The notes beneath the pieces were generated by a model, which worked only from the letters and a program-made list of their open reading frames with translations, did no database searches and was not told the DNA's origin. DNA of 63,812 nt, counting the filler, from Intoshia linei (taxonomy: Eukaryota; Animalia; Orthonectida): NCBI GenBank assembly GCA_001642005.1. It is 3 parts of 3 records of this genome, joined end to end, with 100 filler letters (N's around TTAATTAATTAA, not from the genome) between each part and the next. Parts side by side here need not be neighbours in the genome. Positions count along the whole stretch, not along the records: positions 1 to 30,095 come from LWCA01000372.1; positions 30,196 to 43,542 come from LWCA01001019.1; 1 more part is not named here. One strand, given 5' to 3'. Of this stretch, positions 21,525-35,348 are shown in pieces (the first letter of the stretch is position 1; each line of letters opens with the position of its first letter). Position numbers and translations under genes: made by a program.

Positions 21525-23050
21525 TAGGGTGTTAACTTTTTTTATTTTTTTTTGGTTTTTGATAAAAGTGTAGATTTAAATTGAATTAAAATATTTTTTT
21601 AGGCATATAGCAGTAAAAAATTTATAAAAATAATCATAAACGAATTCGCGGTGCACGTTTTAATATTTACAATGAAAAAAAGTTATATTTCACACTAATT
21701 TATCTTTTAATCATTTTAAAATATCTCAAAGAAATGAAAACATTATCATTGGAAATTATATTTTATTTAATTTCAATGATAAGAAAATACTTACAGTAAT
21801 AAATGTATTGCAGAGGTTATTATGGTTAGAAAAAACAAATAAGGTACGCCCATTTCGAGAAATATCGAAAGAAGTTCTTTCTATTTATATTAAAACTGGC
21901 TTAAATATAACATAAGTAATTACAATTGAATGTAAAATCAAAAAATTGTTTGGTGAATATCGAATTATTCTATAAAGTCCAACAGTACCTAGAACTCAAG
22001 TATATCGTAATAAATTAGATAATATTTTTTCAGTCGCAAAAGATGATCAATCTAAGACACACTTTGAGGATATTGAATTCCTTAATTTTCAAAATGATGG
22101 AATTGGTTCAGTGGCATCCACTACTACAAATCATCCATACTTGGAATAAATTGGAAAATCCATTGATATTGAAAAAAACGAAAAGAAATCAAGAGAAAAT
22201 GGAAATTATAAAAACATTACTCATAAATTCTAACAAAGACTAAATTTATTCTACAGGTGATGATATGGCTTATTTTGATTCGTTTAACCTAAAACAAAAA
22301 TCTTCATGGCGGTCATATGCTAAAAAAAATGTTTCACTCCGTGGAGGTGCAGATTTACTTGGTATATCTCACGAACATCAGAAAAAAAGGATTATAAAAT
22401 ATTTAAAACAATGATAAATGATGTTTCAAATGGTGTGGTTTATTTTGATTCTAAAATTATGGACAAAATTGAAAGAATGGTAGTTGTTATTATCGACGTT
22501 AAAACTAACCAGGAATTAGTAATAGGCATTGTTTTTCAGAACGATGGTAAGGATATTACTACTGCCAAAACAGTATACAATCTTCTGAAGAAATGGAACG
22601 TAGACAAGAAATTTATAGTGTTCTGTTATGATACATTTGGCAATACTGGAAAGTTTAATGCCAGTGTAAAATATTCAACAGATTTTCTAAATAAGACGTT
22701 TGTATATCTACCTTGTAGACATCATATACTTAAAATAATAATATCTGCAGAATTTTTCAGTATTTATGGAAACTAATGCAACCTGACATTTTAGGGTATA
22801 AATTTCTCAATAACGTTTAAGGCATATATTATCAAGATCAATGGAATGTATCATAAAAATAGAAAACCACCCAAAATTGGATGTGAAATTAATTTAACCA
22901 AGACGTTATCGCTATAAAAGAAACGAGGAAATCTACGAAATGATTATGAGGAATGCTGTAAAATTGCCATTGCCATTGCCATTATCTAAGGATCAAATTT
23001 GTGGTGCAAGATGGATGAACAAAGTTATTGAAATTCCATTTAAGTTCTGG
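21525..23050 (+). mobile_element. Degraded hAT-family (hATm-like) transposon
   Basis: Starts TAGGGTG. ORF 22411-22776 contains VVYFDSK..ERMVV, YDT.GNTG and LPCRHHIL (DDE plus CxxH signature). Flanking frames carry many stops. Confidence 0.65.
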
Positions 23051-23457
23051 TTAACGAGGTTTTTATTATATTAAATATCACCACGGGAAAAACTGTAATT
23101 GAAATGTGGACTTTATATAATTCTAAAACTGGTAGTTATTGAAATAAAGTGGAACACATAGTGATTAATAAACGATAATAAGTCGACGTGTTTTTGACTT
23201 TCGATATTATATTTTGTACTTTTTGTACATCCCAAACTCTTTGTCTTTAGTTTTGTGCCTCTGTTTGTACAATTGCAGTGATCATTATTAGCTCTTGTTC
23301 ATTTAACAAAAATTCAAATATATCATATAAGTAAGGATTAATTTTGAAAGCATTAACTAAACGTTGAGAAAAAATAGAGAAAAATTACCGTGATTCTACT
23401 ACTTTTTACTCTTTTTGTAAACCCACATATACATAAAAATATTTTATTATACAAAAT

Positions 23458-25874
23458 TCAAATAGCATCGAGAACATTAAAATAGTAAGCCGAACATTCA
23501 ACCAATCTATTCAAACTATCTGGATTATCAATTTTGGGAAACAATTGTTTACAAATAAGTAAAGTCCTCTTACGAACATATTTTTCAATATTCTTTTTAA
23601 TATTGTCATATGCCAAATTTCTGCTTTGATTATTTTGAAACACTAGTGCAATAAGATAAGTCTTTCCATACTTGTCAACATTTTTAATTTTAATAATTTT
23701 GGTATTTGAAAACATTGTAACATGAAAACTTCGAATTTGAGAATACAAATCATTATCAACATCATTATATGAATCATCTTGCAACTGTGGAAAATTAAGT
23801 AAAATAATATCTGGATCAAAATCAAGTTTCATCTTGAGGTGTTTATAAGGTAATTTGTACAAAATAATACCATACCCTAACTTGGAATTTTGAGCAGGTT
23901 TAATAATTAAAATGCAATCATCATGACAAACTAGAAAATGTCCAATAATTTCTTGAGGTTTAGTCATTTCTGGCTTAACTAACCAACAAATGTCACAACA
24001 AACCATCCTATACTTGCTAAAATCAATAGTTTCACCAATTCTCAATTCTTGCAAAACTTTTAAAGGTGGTACAAAAAGTTTAGGTATTTCCGACTCAAAA
24101 TCAAAAACTTGGTTATACATGTTGGTAAAAGTAGACAGAATAATATTCAACAAATTTGATAAAAACAAGTACGCATTTATTTGAGATTTAATGTACCCAG
24201 ATTGACTTTTCGTCTTAAAGGAAGTGATATCAAAATTTCGAAGATTTCGCACTTGAATATATTTAAAGTCTTGCAAAGTTTTCAGTCTCCAAAATTCATT
24301 ATTATGGCAAACTTTATAATAGATTGTAACAAATGTTGGGTACTTGTTGAAAAGGTTTTGAAGATTTGACAATATTTTCACCAAACTAGAATGAATTTTA
24401 TTAATAATTATGACACTTAAAACATTTTGAAATGTCTTATCGCTCAATGATTTGAAATTATCGCCTCTCAGTTTAGTTTCTTTAGGTTTGGTGAGGTAAT
24501 TTGTTAAATTATTTTCAATGTCCGCTAGACAATTGAAACTATCAAAGGAAAGGTTGAAAAAATCGGCAACAATACAACCAAATAAATGAATAATCAAATT
24601 ATTCAAGTGCGATCTCGCCGTAATAATATTTAATGTTGTTATGTGCACGACCGTGTATAAAAAGTTTAAATACTTTCTCAATATTGCGTCATTTTTATTT
24701 TGTTTTGACAACAAGGATTTTAAATTTATAAGATGAGAAAGTAGCAAAAAAATGAAAAACGTTTCTGTAGTTTCAGTGTGCATTTTGTCATGTAGCCATT
24801 CACAAAACCAAAGAGAGTGCGTTCTAATTTGATGACTAGAGTCACATTTATTCAATTCCATCTTTTCATTTTCCAATAACGCACTATAACACGGAGGTAT
24901 AATATTAACATTTTCGACATTTTGCAAAATTTGATCCAAACATTCATCATCAACATTGAAAATACTATCAAACGTATCCAACAATTTATCACAATTGAAA
25001 TTTTTCATAATTTGGAAAAACAAGACGGCAAAATACAATTTAAATGCATTTTCTCTTCTAATGTTGTTACTCAATATTTTATGATTGAAACAACAGTTTT
25101 TACTATTTGCCAAATCACAATTTTCTAAACATTCTACATTTTCCAGTGTTTCTGGAGGTGAAATTATAAACTTTACAAAAAAAACTTTCCATACTTTTTC
25201 GTCCATGAGTACATTTACACTGTCATTTATATTACAAATTTCTGCTATAAATTCACACAATTCAATAAATTTATTTACAAAATTTCCTACAATTGTCGCA
25301 TTCTGACATTTTTCATTAATCAATAAAGTCAAAATCTTTTTACAAAGGGTCAATAAAATTTCAATAATTACATTGTAAAAGTTGGATTCTTTTAAAAAAT
25401 CTATAAAAGATTTCTGATCGATTTTTATCATATTTAGAATAATGTTTTGAGCAGATATTATAATCATTTTATCGTAGTGGTTTATAAAGTCCATTACAAT
25501 TGTGTAGATGGGGATTTGGATTTTTTCCAGTGATTTATTGGTAAAAAAATTGTATGTTGCTTTGCTCATACGAATTGATAGTATTTTTAACAATGAAAAG
25601 TAATATGCCAGTATTTCATCGTCGTATAAATCAAATGGGTTTGTGATTATTGTGTTTATTTTGTTTTTTGATATCAAGGAATAAAAGGATGTTGGTTTTT
25701 TTATGTTTTCGTAAATTATATTCAAGGTTTGTAAATATTGTACACAGATTGACCTGTTCCAGATTAGAGGCAAACATTTTACAAATGTTTCAGTTGTGTT
25801 TAGATATTCAAATATTTCTTCACTGTTATCAGTACTGTCGGCCCATATTGTCAATAGTGACAAACGTCGTAATC
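23458..25874 (-). CDS. CLEC16A: CLEC16A / gop-1 / ema homologue (2417-nt terminal exon; short 5' exon(s) unresolved)
   Basis: After acceptor tttag at 25875: LRRLSLLTIWAD..IFEY..VQYLQTLNIIYENI..FYSLISKNKINTII..FDLYDDEILAYYFSLLKILS (FPL domain). C-terminal FLV..ILIIKP..KLGYGII region. Confidence 0.88.
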
Positions 25875-26007
25875 CTAAATTTAATTTAATTTTTTTTTTC
25901 TTTCAGAGATAATTTATTTATCAATATTTTTTCAGAAATTTACAATTTATGGTCAAGAAAATTTTCCATTTTTGAATTTACAATGATAACTAAACATTAT
26001 AAATGTA

Positions 26008-26418
26008 CTAGTTGACTGTTATGTACTACGTACAAACAGCACCTAGTTCTATCGAGGGCACATTTTTATTCTACCAAAAAAATAAATTCACGTTCAAAAT
26101 TTCAACTTAAAAATCCTACTATGCACTATTATAATAACAAAGTTGTATTACTTTTAGTAATCGTTGTTGTATTAATTTAAATTTAAAACAAAAAGTTTTG
26201 AAAATGAAAATTTTAGATTTAAAAATTGCGTAGCAATGAAAAAAATTTCGAAGGAATGAATTATATAGATTTTCACACATATGTCTTTATTGAAAATGTG
26301 TAGAGGTTCTGTAAATTGAAGTTGTTAATAAAATAATAAAATTGTAAGACTGGTAGTTATTGAAATAAACGGTAACACACACAAATAAATATTGCGTAGC
26401 ATATTATATAAGTAGGGA
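26008..26418 (-). mobile_element. Apparently complete short non-autonomous Helitron (411 bp)
   Basis: 5' TCCCTACTTATATAATATGC followed by a (tg)n microsatellite; 3' hairpin and CTAG|T; no TSD. Confidence 0.75.
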
Positions 26419-27759
26419 CAATCAAAACAACATATTAAATGTTGAAGACGATTTACCTTGTACTATCACTTCTACTCAACCTCGTATTTTGGAATTAACC
26501 AAAAATAATCTGCTCAAAATTCTTATTAATCATTGTGTAAATATTATTATAATGTGAACATATATATAATAAAGTGCCGCACTCCGAGTGTGTGAAATAT
26601 AACAGATCAATGGGGGAATGAGAAAAAATTAGTTGAGATTCTCAACTTGAGAACCACGGGTTTATAATCAATTAAAAAGTCCGCTATCGGCAGATCTAGC
26701 TGCTCTTTGTACAAAGTACATATCAGTAAATCTAGTTACTAGATTATAGTATCAAGAAACCTTAAAAAATTGAATCACAGAACCTGTCCGCGGTAAATCG
26801 GATAACCTACTCTAAAAAATGACTGAAATAACTTTACAATTATAAAATAGAAAAGCTAAATCAAAATATAAAAATAACCTTCAATGACAACCAATTCACA
26901 ATCATGCTTTGGTCTAATTCTAGTTTGTTTATTTTCTTGGCGAATTATTGTATCAAAAGTAAATTTTAAATTATCGAATGAATAGAAATTTGTTTCTTTA
27001 AAATTATAATACTTGGCAAAAACGTTTTGATTATATTCGTTTTCATTCAACCGGAAAGTATCGATAAATTTTTTCATCTAAATTTCAACAGTTGTTTCAA
27101 TATCTTTAATTTAGTATCTAAGAAATAATAAACACCAGTTAACTTAATATTACATTCTATTTTTATCCACAATCGATACCAAAATAGTGATATGCCACAA
27201 AACGATTATTTTGCGTAATTGATTAAATTCTGTATAATTGAATTGTTACATTTAATTACTACTAATTCAAAAATGATCAAAGTAAAAATTTATCTTTGAA
27301 ATGTTTAACTACATAAAACTTGTATTCAGTAACAAAGTAACCTTGAGACTATTGATACAGTCACAATAATGATGGAATATATTCAGTGATATTGACCTAA
27401 TTGTCGAAAAAACATGTCTCCAATAGACATTTCTCTATAAAATACAATATTCAATTTGAATAAATATAGTTTAATTAATAATTTCCCAAATTTACAATAA
27501 CGATTTAAAATTAAAGACAAAATAGTTATGCGTAAACATAGCTTCGAGGTTTTTGACAGTCTTGTTATATTGGCTTTCATACTGTTTAATGATTGATTTG
27601 TTCATAAAAAATTCAACATCAATATTTTCCAAATGTAACTCTTCTGAAACCAATTCAGGGTTCATTATAATGTTTTCAGCAGATTGTTTAGTATTCATTT
27701 TTAAATTAACAACATTTGACAACAACATAAAGTACTTATTCCGTTAATTATAAATACAT

Positions 27760-28157
27760 AATTGGTATTTTTAAGTATTTATCAAATTGTTACTGAATAT
27801 ATATTATCACATTGAAAATGACAAAATTGGTTTTTATAATTTTATTTTTACTGGAATTTATGCTATTTATGACAATTTTTAGGATTGGACTGTTTTTTCT
27901 TTATTTTTAATATTATACTTCCATAATAATAATAACTGTCTAATAAATTAAAAAAATGCAATAACAATTGTTTTTAAATGTTAACAAAAAAAATTAAGAT
28001 GAAATAATTCACTTTAAACTAAAAAGTAATGATATATGATGGTTCTACCTGAAACAATTTTGGGAACCAGTGTTTTAAAAAATTAATAATAGTGAATAGT
28101 AAAATTTTTGAGTTAGATTTTCAACGTGAATTTTTTTTAATAGAATAAAAATGTGCA
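27760..28157 (+). mobile_element. Helitron-family internal fragment (opposite orientation)
   Basis: Reverse complement of the body of the 13715 and 31538 copies; truncated before the hairpin. Confidence 0.6.
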
Positions 28158-28519
28158 TGATAAATTTTATTATTTTTCTACTGATTTTATCATTTCAAAA
28201 GTGCTCATTTTAGTCTAATCTAATGATCACATTATATAAGCAGACGATTAATATAATCATATTGATGTGGTAACACTCCCTGTCTAAATAAGTTACGTAA
28301 TTATTTAATTAATATTTAATGTAAATATAATATCAACATCGTAACTAAGTTTAAAGAAAGTAAATAATATATTTTATATATTGTAAATCTTATTATATTC
28401 ATTTTACATATTACATGTTACAGCTTACATTAAATTTAATTTTTCATAAATATTTTATATATCATCATATTGTTAATAACGATTCAACTTATTTCACAAG
28501 ATGTGGATAATAAAGGTAA

Positions 28520-28830
28520 TCCTTACTTATATAATATGCTTTGTTTGTCTGTCTGTAAGTGTGTTATGGTTTATTTCAATTACAGTTTTTTCCGAGACAT
28601 ATAATAAGATAAATTTGAATCTCCCAAACTCACATCTTACGAGTCAAAAACCCCAATTATCCTTTTTTTGAAAATTAAACAAGTTGGAGAATTTAAAAAA
28701 ATATATACGCTAATACGGATTTTAAAATCAAAAACATCATAAATTTAAATTAAAAAAAATTGTATCTTCAGGGCCAAAACTACAAATGACTTTTTTTTTT
28801 ATTATGAAATCAACCCTAGAATTTAAAAAA
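28520..28830 (+). mobile_element. Helitron 5' end with minisatellite-like internal repeat units
   Basis: A|TCCTTACTTATATAATATGC, then (ctgt)n, then units resembling ttcagggccaaaactacaaatgacttttt that also occur near 17490-17910, 21000-21490, 47810-47950 and 56365. Confidence 0.55.
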
Positions 28831-29067
28831 ATTTACAGGTGGTACAGTTAGGGCCATGGAGAGCCAGCCGTAGGCCCGGACCAGATGAAAATTGTAGACC
28901 CCTATAAAATTTTTTAAGAAAATGAAACATCTATACATGGCTTAAGAAATAGTTCATTATCTAAAAATTAAAAATAACCGTTGGAAATCGCATTGGTGAT
29001 CATTAAGATAAAAACAGTAAATATGTAAAATGTTAATATACACTACGTAATTATTTATTATACAGTA

Positions 29068-29320
29068 CTATGTTGACTGTTATGTACTACGTACAGACAG
29101 GACCTAGCTCTGCCGAGGGCCATTTTTATTATACTTAAAAAATAAATTCACGTTGAAAATCTAATTTAAAAATTGGGTAGCAGTGAAAAAAATTTCGAAG
29201 GAATAAATTATATAGATTTTCACCTATATATCTTTATTGGAAATGTGTAGACGTTCACTGCACATTTTTTTTAAAATTGTAGGATCAATATTTACATTTT
29301 CAAGTTTATTTTAATCTATT
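29068..29320 (-). mobile_element. Helitron-family 3' fragment
   Basis: gttgactgttatgtactacgtacagacag terminus and shared body. Confidence 0.65.
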
Positions 29321-30095
29321 TCATATTATTATACCATGTTATGATATAATATTAATATATAATATACATTAATGTACATATATGTTGTTTTTTCTGGGTA
29401 TCATTATGTAAATTATTTTTTTATTAATGTACGTCAGGTACCCGAGATACGGGGTAACAAAAATAAGCTAATATAATAAATAAATAGATATATTAGCTTT
29501 GTTTTTTTAGTTTTTCTCTAGCTATGATTGTCATATTGTTAATTATATAATTTAAATCTTATCTAAAAAATTTTTAAAACAGTTACCTGCAGTACACACC
29601 TAAAATAAGATAAATTTGTTAAAATCAAAAATTTTCTTCACGAATCTTATCTTGTATATAATGGAATTTAAAAGTACTGATACAATTTATTTCACCGAAA
29701 TGGTTTACGTCAACATCAAGCGTAATAGATGAATTAAAAACAAATTACTAAATAAAAATATTAACAATGTAAGTTTATTATTATTCAATATTTGTATCAC
29801 TTTCTTAAAATGGATTTAAAGCTTCTCAGTGTCAGAGTAAATTTTGTGCGGCCGTAGTATCAATGAGGAAAGTAGCTTTGCGGCTGAATTGGTAGCAAAG
29901 TTGTGCACCCCTGGGCTAAGGGATATAAGACTACAGGAATTATTGCAAATAAATTTTGAGACGTTATTTAGAATTTCAATTGTTATTTTATACGGTTAAG
30001 TTACGGATCGTTAAACACACGAATCCGTTAAACTCGTATAATTGTTTATTTGCTACCGAAAGTGATTTATGTGATATAATGCAATATATCGTTTT

Positions 30096-30195
30096 NNNNN
30101 NNNNNNNNNNNNNNNNNNNNNNNNNNNNNNNNNNNNNNNTTAATTAATTAANNNNNNNNNNNNNNNNNNNNNNNNNNNNNNNNNNNNNNNNNNNN
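30096..30195. other. Assembly gap with TTAATTAATTAA six-frame stop linker
   Basis: 100-nt N-run with a central ttaattaattaa at 30140-30151. Confidence 0.95.
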
Positions 30196-30979
30196 GTTTT
30201 TGTGATATATTTAAATACATTATGGACAAAATTAAATGATAGTAACTTTTTTACAAATTTGAAACTTACAAATTACAAAGAAAAATAAACTTCAGATTTT
30301 GTCTAAATATCGTGAATAATTTGACATTTTGTCAAAATATCGTGTGTGTAAGATATCAAGAATAACCTGTATTATATTATTTTTAAAATATTGATTTTTG
30401 GTAAGTGATTTTTCACAAAAATATTGGTAAAAGCGGTTTTTATCCTTAAATGTTCGGATGGTAAAATTAGATTTTTTTTTGGATCAGATAGAGAGATGAT
30501 TATATATTGGTAAAATGAGATTTCTCAAAAAAATACAAATTAAAAGGAGCTTTTTAAATTGACTAAAATTTTAAAATAGATTGATAAAATTTTGGTTTTT
30601 CTCATAATATTTTAATGTGAATAAAATATGCTAAAAATTTATCATTCACCCCTAATCATCTAAAATTTTCGTATTCATCGCTTTTGGTGATCATTCACCC
30701 CATTAGAAGTAGTTTTTTGGGACGTTAGTGCTGCCTTAGAACAGTAAATGCTTCCCAACCTCTGGGTTAGTATATTAATGTAAATATATAATAGTTAACG
30801 AATTCTCGAAATAGAGATGTATTCTAGCAAAAATGTATCTAAAAAGAAAAAAATGTTCCCTATGAACTTTCCCATAGATCTTATACTATACTTTAATAAT
30901 CTTAAATATCTCCTAATCAAGTGGTGTGATATTTTATATCTATGATGTAATGTTAAATATGTATATTCTATTATAATAG

Positions 30980-33674
30980 GTTTATAATAATAAAAGAAAA
31001 CTAAAAATTGGTTATTTTTGGGAAGATGATTCTTTGTGCGTATTACCATGCATGAAAAGAGGAATTTTAGAATGTATAGATCATTTAAAGGAAAATTATG
31101 AGGTAATATCAATGTGGTTTGATAATATTTGTAGATCGTAGAATGGAAGCCTATTAATATAACGAAATGTTTCAGCTTATTTACTCGAGTCATTTTTGCC
31201 GATGGAGGAAAATCTTTCTATACTACTGTGTAAATATTTTTATAGTACTTATGATAATTTTCATAGAAAAAACGATGACTTGATTGAAAATTTAAAGCGT
31301 CTATACAGATTGCTACAATTACCCAGATGTATGAAAAAATGTATTTCTATATATTCCTATATATCAAAGGTGCGAGTACCGTTGAATTCTGTTACCATCA
31401 TTATCAAAATTTATTTATTATAATGATAACAATTTTTATTTTTTAGGATATAATTTTGAAAGCCATGATGTCTGGTGTTACTGGTGTAGGGTATGATACA
31501 TTTTATCAAATCAATTTTTTAGTTAGTATATAAATAACTAGGTTGACTGTTATATACTACGTACAAACAGCACCTAGCTCTGCCGATGACACATTGTTAT
31601 TCTACCAAAAAAATAAATTCACTTTGAAAATCTAACTTAAAAATCTTACTATTCACTATTATCAATCATTTAAAGCAGTGGTTACCAAATTTGTTTCAGG
31701 TGGAACCATCATATCACATTACTTTTTACTTTAAAGTGAATTATTCCACTTAATTTTTTGTTTGTTAGCATTTGCGTAATTAATTTTAAAAACAATTGTT
31801 ATCTTATTTTTTTAATTTATTAGACAGAATGTGTTAATAATATTAAAAATAAAGAAAAACAGTCCAATCTTAAAAATTGTCATAAATAGCATAAATTCAG
31901 GAAAAAATAAAATTATAAAAACCTATTTTGTCATTTTCAATGTGATATTCATATAGTCAGTACCAATTAATAAATACTTAAAAATGCTAATTAAGTTCAT
32001 TAATTTAACTTTTTAAATATTAAATTTTTATAATACAAAAAATTGGGGTCATTTTAAGAATTGAAATATTTCTATCATACCATCTTGTATACAATAAAAA
32101 TTGTCATGTTTAACATAGGGTTACTTTTATTAATTTGAATAAGCACACAGGTTACTGTATAATCTTAAAAATATAGTCAAAAATGTATATTCCTAAAAAT
32201 TTTCATAAATAACTTAAATTCCAGAAAAAATGTAAATGAAACTGGTATAGCATTGCTTCTCTTTTATGTTTAATTGCGTTGCAATAATTATCCTTATCTC
32301 ACTAGAACCGGTATTTTCTTTTTAAATAATGTGATGGTGTATATTCTCTATCTGCTTTTGATAAGTAAAAAATAATTTACAACAAATAATTAACGTACTT
32401 AACACTTAAAAACATATTTAGGATGAATTTTACGAAAGTTGAAATAAGTATAAAATGATAATAACGAAGTTAAGTCATTTTAAAATTTTTGAATAAAAAC
32501 TGCATAAATTAATTTATTATATTTCCACCCATATTTCTATTCTAATGTTCAATGTATATTTTTTTAAATTGTAAGATAAATATTTATATTAATCTTAACT
32601 ATTTTTTTATAGATCCTATAACAATTGGATTAAATTGGCAATTGAATTTAAAGTAATTTTTATAGATGTTAGTAAATATTAAGAATATCTAGGATTATCG
32701 AAATGAAGTACTTAAATCATGGGATGAAAACAATATAGATTTAGTGATTGCACCTGGAATGGCTATTCCTTCGGTTCAATCAAAATATTTAGTAAATAAA
32801 GAAAGTAATGCATAATTAATCAATATATACATATATTTAGTCGTTGCTTGGCCCAACATTTACCCAAACGTTTTGGATTTTGTTGCAGGTTGTATGCCAG
32901 TTTCTAATGTATTACAGAGTGATTTTGAGGATATGATCAAAGAAGAAAAAATTAATAAAAAGTGGTGTTACAAGCAAATTGCTGATGTATATTTACAAAT
33001 TGATATACAATCCTTACTTACATAATATGCTACGCAATATTTGTTTGTGTGTACTTTTGATCTATTTTGTAAATTTGGTCACAACCTTAATATATATAAT
33101 ATATGTATATAATTTACAGTTTCGTTGATTAACTCATGTAACTTATAAATTTTTATTTATTTTTTTAACATTCCACTTTTTAAATGAATATTTTTTATAG
33201 CTCGAAAATAAACTAAAGATGTTCCAAAGTATGTGTTTAATGTTTAAATTATTCTAGTTAAATAATTTTGATACATAATAGTAAACAAAATATATTGAGC
33301 ATATATTGTACAACGTATAATAGGATGTCATATTTTTTTCAAAATTTCAGAATTTTAAGGACGATTAGTTCATAATCTGTTGTACATGCGCCATAGGTTT
33401 ACCATCCTTCCCTAATGTATCATATACAATGTATTTAGAATTTCAAAAAATTGTAAATACACCAATAAAAAGAAAACCCAAAACATTTTTATGTGATTTT
33501 ATTTTTTAGATAACAAAAAATCAAAATTTTATCAATATGCCGATAAACATTCAAATTTATGGTAGACCAAACAGCGAAGAATTAGTTTTGTCTCTTATGA
33601 AAGAATTGGAAGAAAAAATTAAATATCAAATTCCAGATTGTCGTGATGCCACTGTATGTTTTAAAAAACAATGA
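30980..33674 (+). CDS. FAAH-like amidase, C-terminal half (amidase-signature exons not seen)
   Basis: In-frame GT-AG exons starting at 30980, 31135, 31267, ~31448, ~32612, 32693, 32841 and 33510. They encode KLKIGYF..PCMKRGI, IFADGG, LLQLP, YRNEVLKSW...IDLVIAP, NVLDFVAGCMPV and MPINIQIYGRPNSEELVLSLMKELE, matching the FAAH C-terminal region. Confidence 0.82.
31538..32000 (-). mobile_element. Helitron-family element in amidase intron
   Basis: CTAG plus hairpin terminus; near-identical body to the 13715 copy. Confidence 0.7.
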
Positions 33675-34012
33675 TTTATCAAATAAATTGATCAGCTTTA
33701 TTTTTATAGAACAATGCAGTTGGCATGTCTTTTTCATTTGAAAGGGTAGCATAATGAAAATACCGTATTTATTTTTCGCAATATACATTCTTGTACTGTC
33801 TTCATATGAGTGATGTAAAGTAATGTATAGAATGTAAACTAATGATATAGGGCAGGTTAGCAGACTTTTTGAATAACGGATCGCACAAAAACATTTCTTT
33901 AAATCAGCTCACATTCTATTTACATCAGCCGTGTCAAACTTGCGGTCAAACAAATTAAAGTGTCAAATAATTTTTTTCTAATAGCATTTTGCAGAACCCT
34001 TAGCATATGTTA

Positions 34013-34115
34013 GAAAGTTAGATTTTCAACGTGAATTTATTTTTTTGGTATAATAAAAATGTGCCCTCGGCAGAGCTAGGTGCTGTTTGTACGTAGTACA
34101 TAACAGTCAACTTAG
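34013..34115 (+). mobile_element. Helitron-family 3' end (plus orientation)
   Basis: gccctcggcagagctaggtgctgtttgtacgtagtacataacagtcaacttag|t. Confidence 0.65.
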
Positions 34116-35348
34116 TTATTGTCTAATTTGTGACTTACGTCTAATAAAATCAAAAAAATCTTACTTTATCAAATGTGAACCATTTCGTGTTAAAGTTAAT
34201 AAAATGTATATATGCGTTATGATTATTCTTTATGGTGGATTTCAAATTTTGTCTATTTGTTAATTATTAAACTTAAAGTCAAGGAGTCAAAGTAAAGGAT
34301 ATAAGTAAATAACTAAGTAAATTATCAATAATTTTGTGTCATGGGATTATATTTGCGTCTTCTCGTGTAGATTGTACTGTAAAAAAATATCCCAGAAATT
34401 CTTTAAAAAACCTATGATTAGGGTAAATTTTGCTTTTTTTTCAAAGATAATTTCATAATTGAAATTTTTATATTTTTATTAGATTCACCATTTTTAATTA
34501 TGTATTTAAAGGGAAGCCATAATATTAGTTACCCAAAATAGTTCATTTAATGATTTAAAATATGCTATAAACCTTTGTATAAAATAATATTAATGATATT
34601 ATTATGGTAACTAGGAGACACATTTCCCTCTATCTTTCAGAATATACATTTTGCGATTCGGGCTATCATTTAAAAATAAAATCTAACAGAAATTTTTTTA
34701 AAACTGTTGTGTTATAAATGAAATTTAAAAGTAAACTCATCCCCAAAACTATGTGAAAAAGATTAATTTTTGGAATAATAATAAATAACACAGTTTAACA
34801 TGCGTGTATTTCACCAATTGCGACATTTTCTTCAAGCAGAAAAGTAATACATCATCGTTGTAGCATTGCATAATCCTTTCAAATAGATAACAGGATAAAA
34901 ATAAAATAATAAACATAATTTCACATAGTTTATATTATTATGTATTATAGGGTAATATATAAATTTATAATATTTTTAATTGTTAATTATTTTCTAAAAT
35001 ATTAAACTTATTATCACAAATTTTAGTATTTACGTTTCGAATTTTAAGATTTAAATTATTAGTCCTTTTCATAGTGTGAAAAATAATAAATTAGCATTTT
35101 AACAACATCTGGCATCTGGATATGGTTCATCTGGGAAAATTAAGACTTTTCACATATTTTTGCAGTTGAGTTTATTAAGTTCTCATTTGTTGTATTGGGT
35201 TTTCAAAGTAAATATTAGTACTTCGCTCTTAAAACTTTAGACTTCAGCGACGTAAAAAAACAAAATGAACACAACAATAAAAGCGAATACAGTACAAAAG
35301 TAGTATATACTTAATTGGAGGCGCAACAATAAAAAATGTATTTATTAA

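Noticed and set aside
30140-30151. Palindromic TTAATTAATTAA inside N-runs (also at ~43587)
   Set aside because: Artificial six-frame stop linker added during scaffolding.
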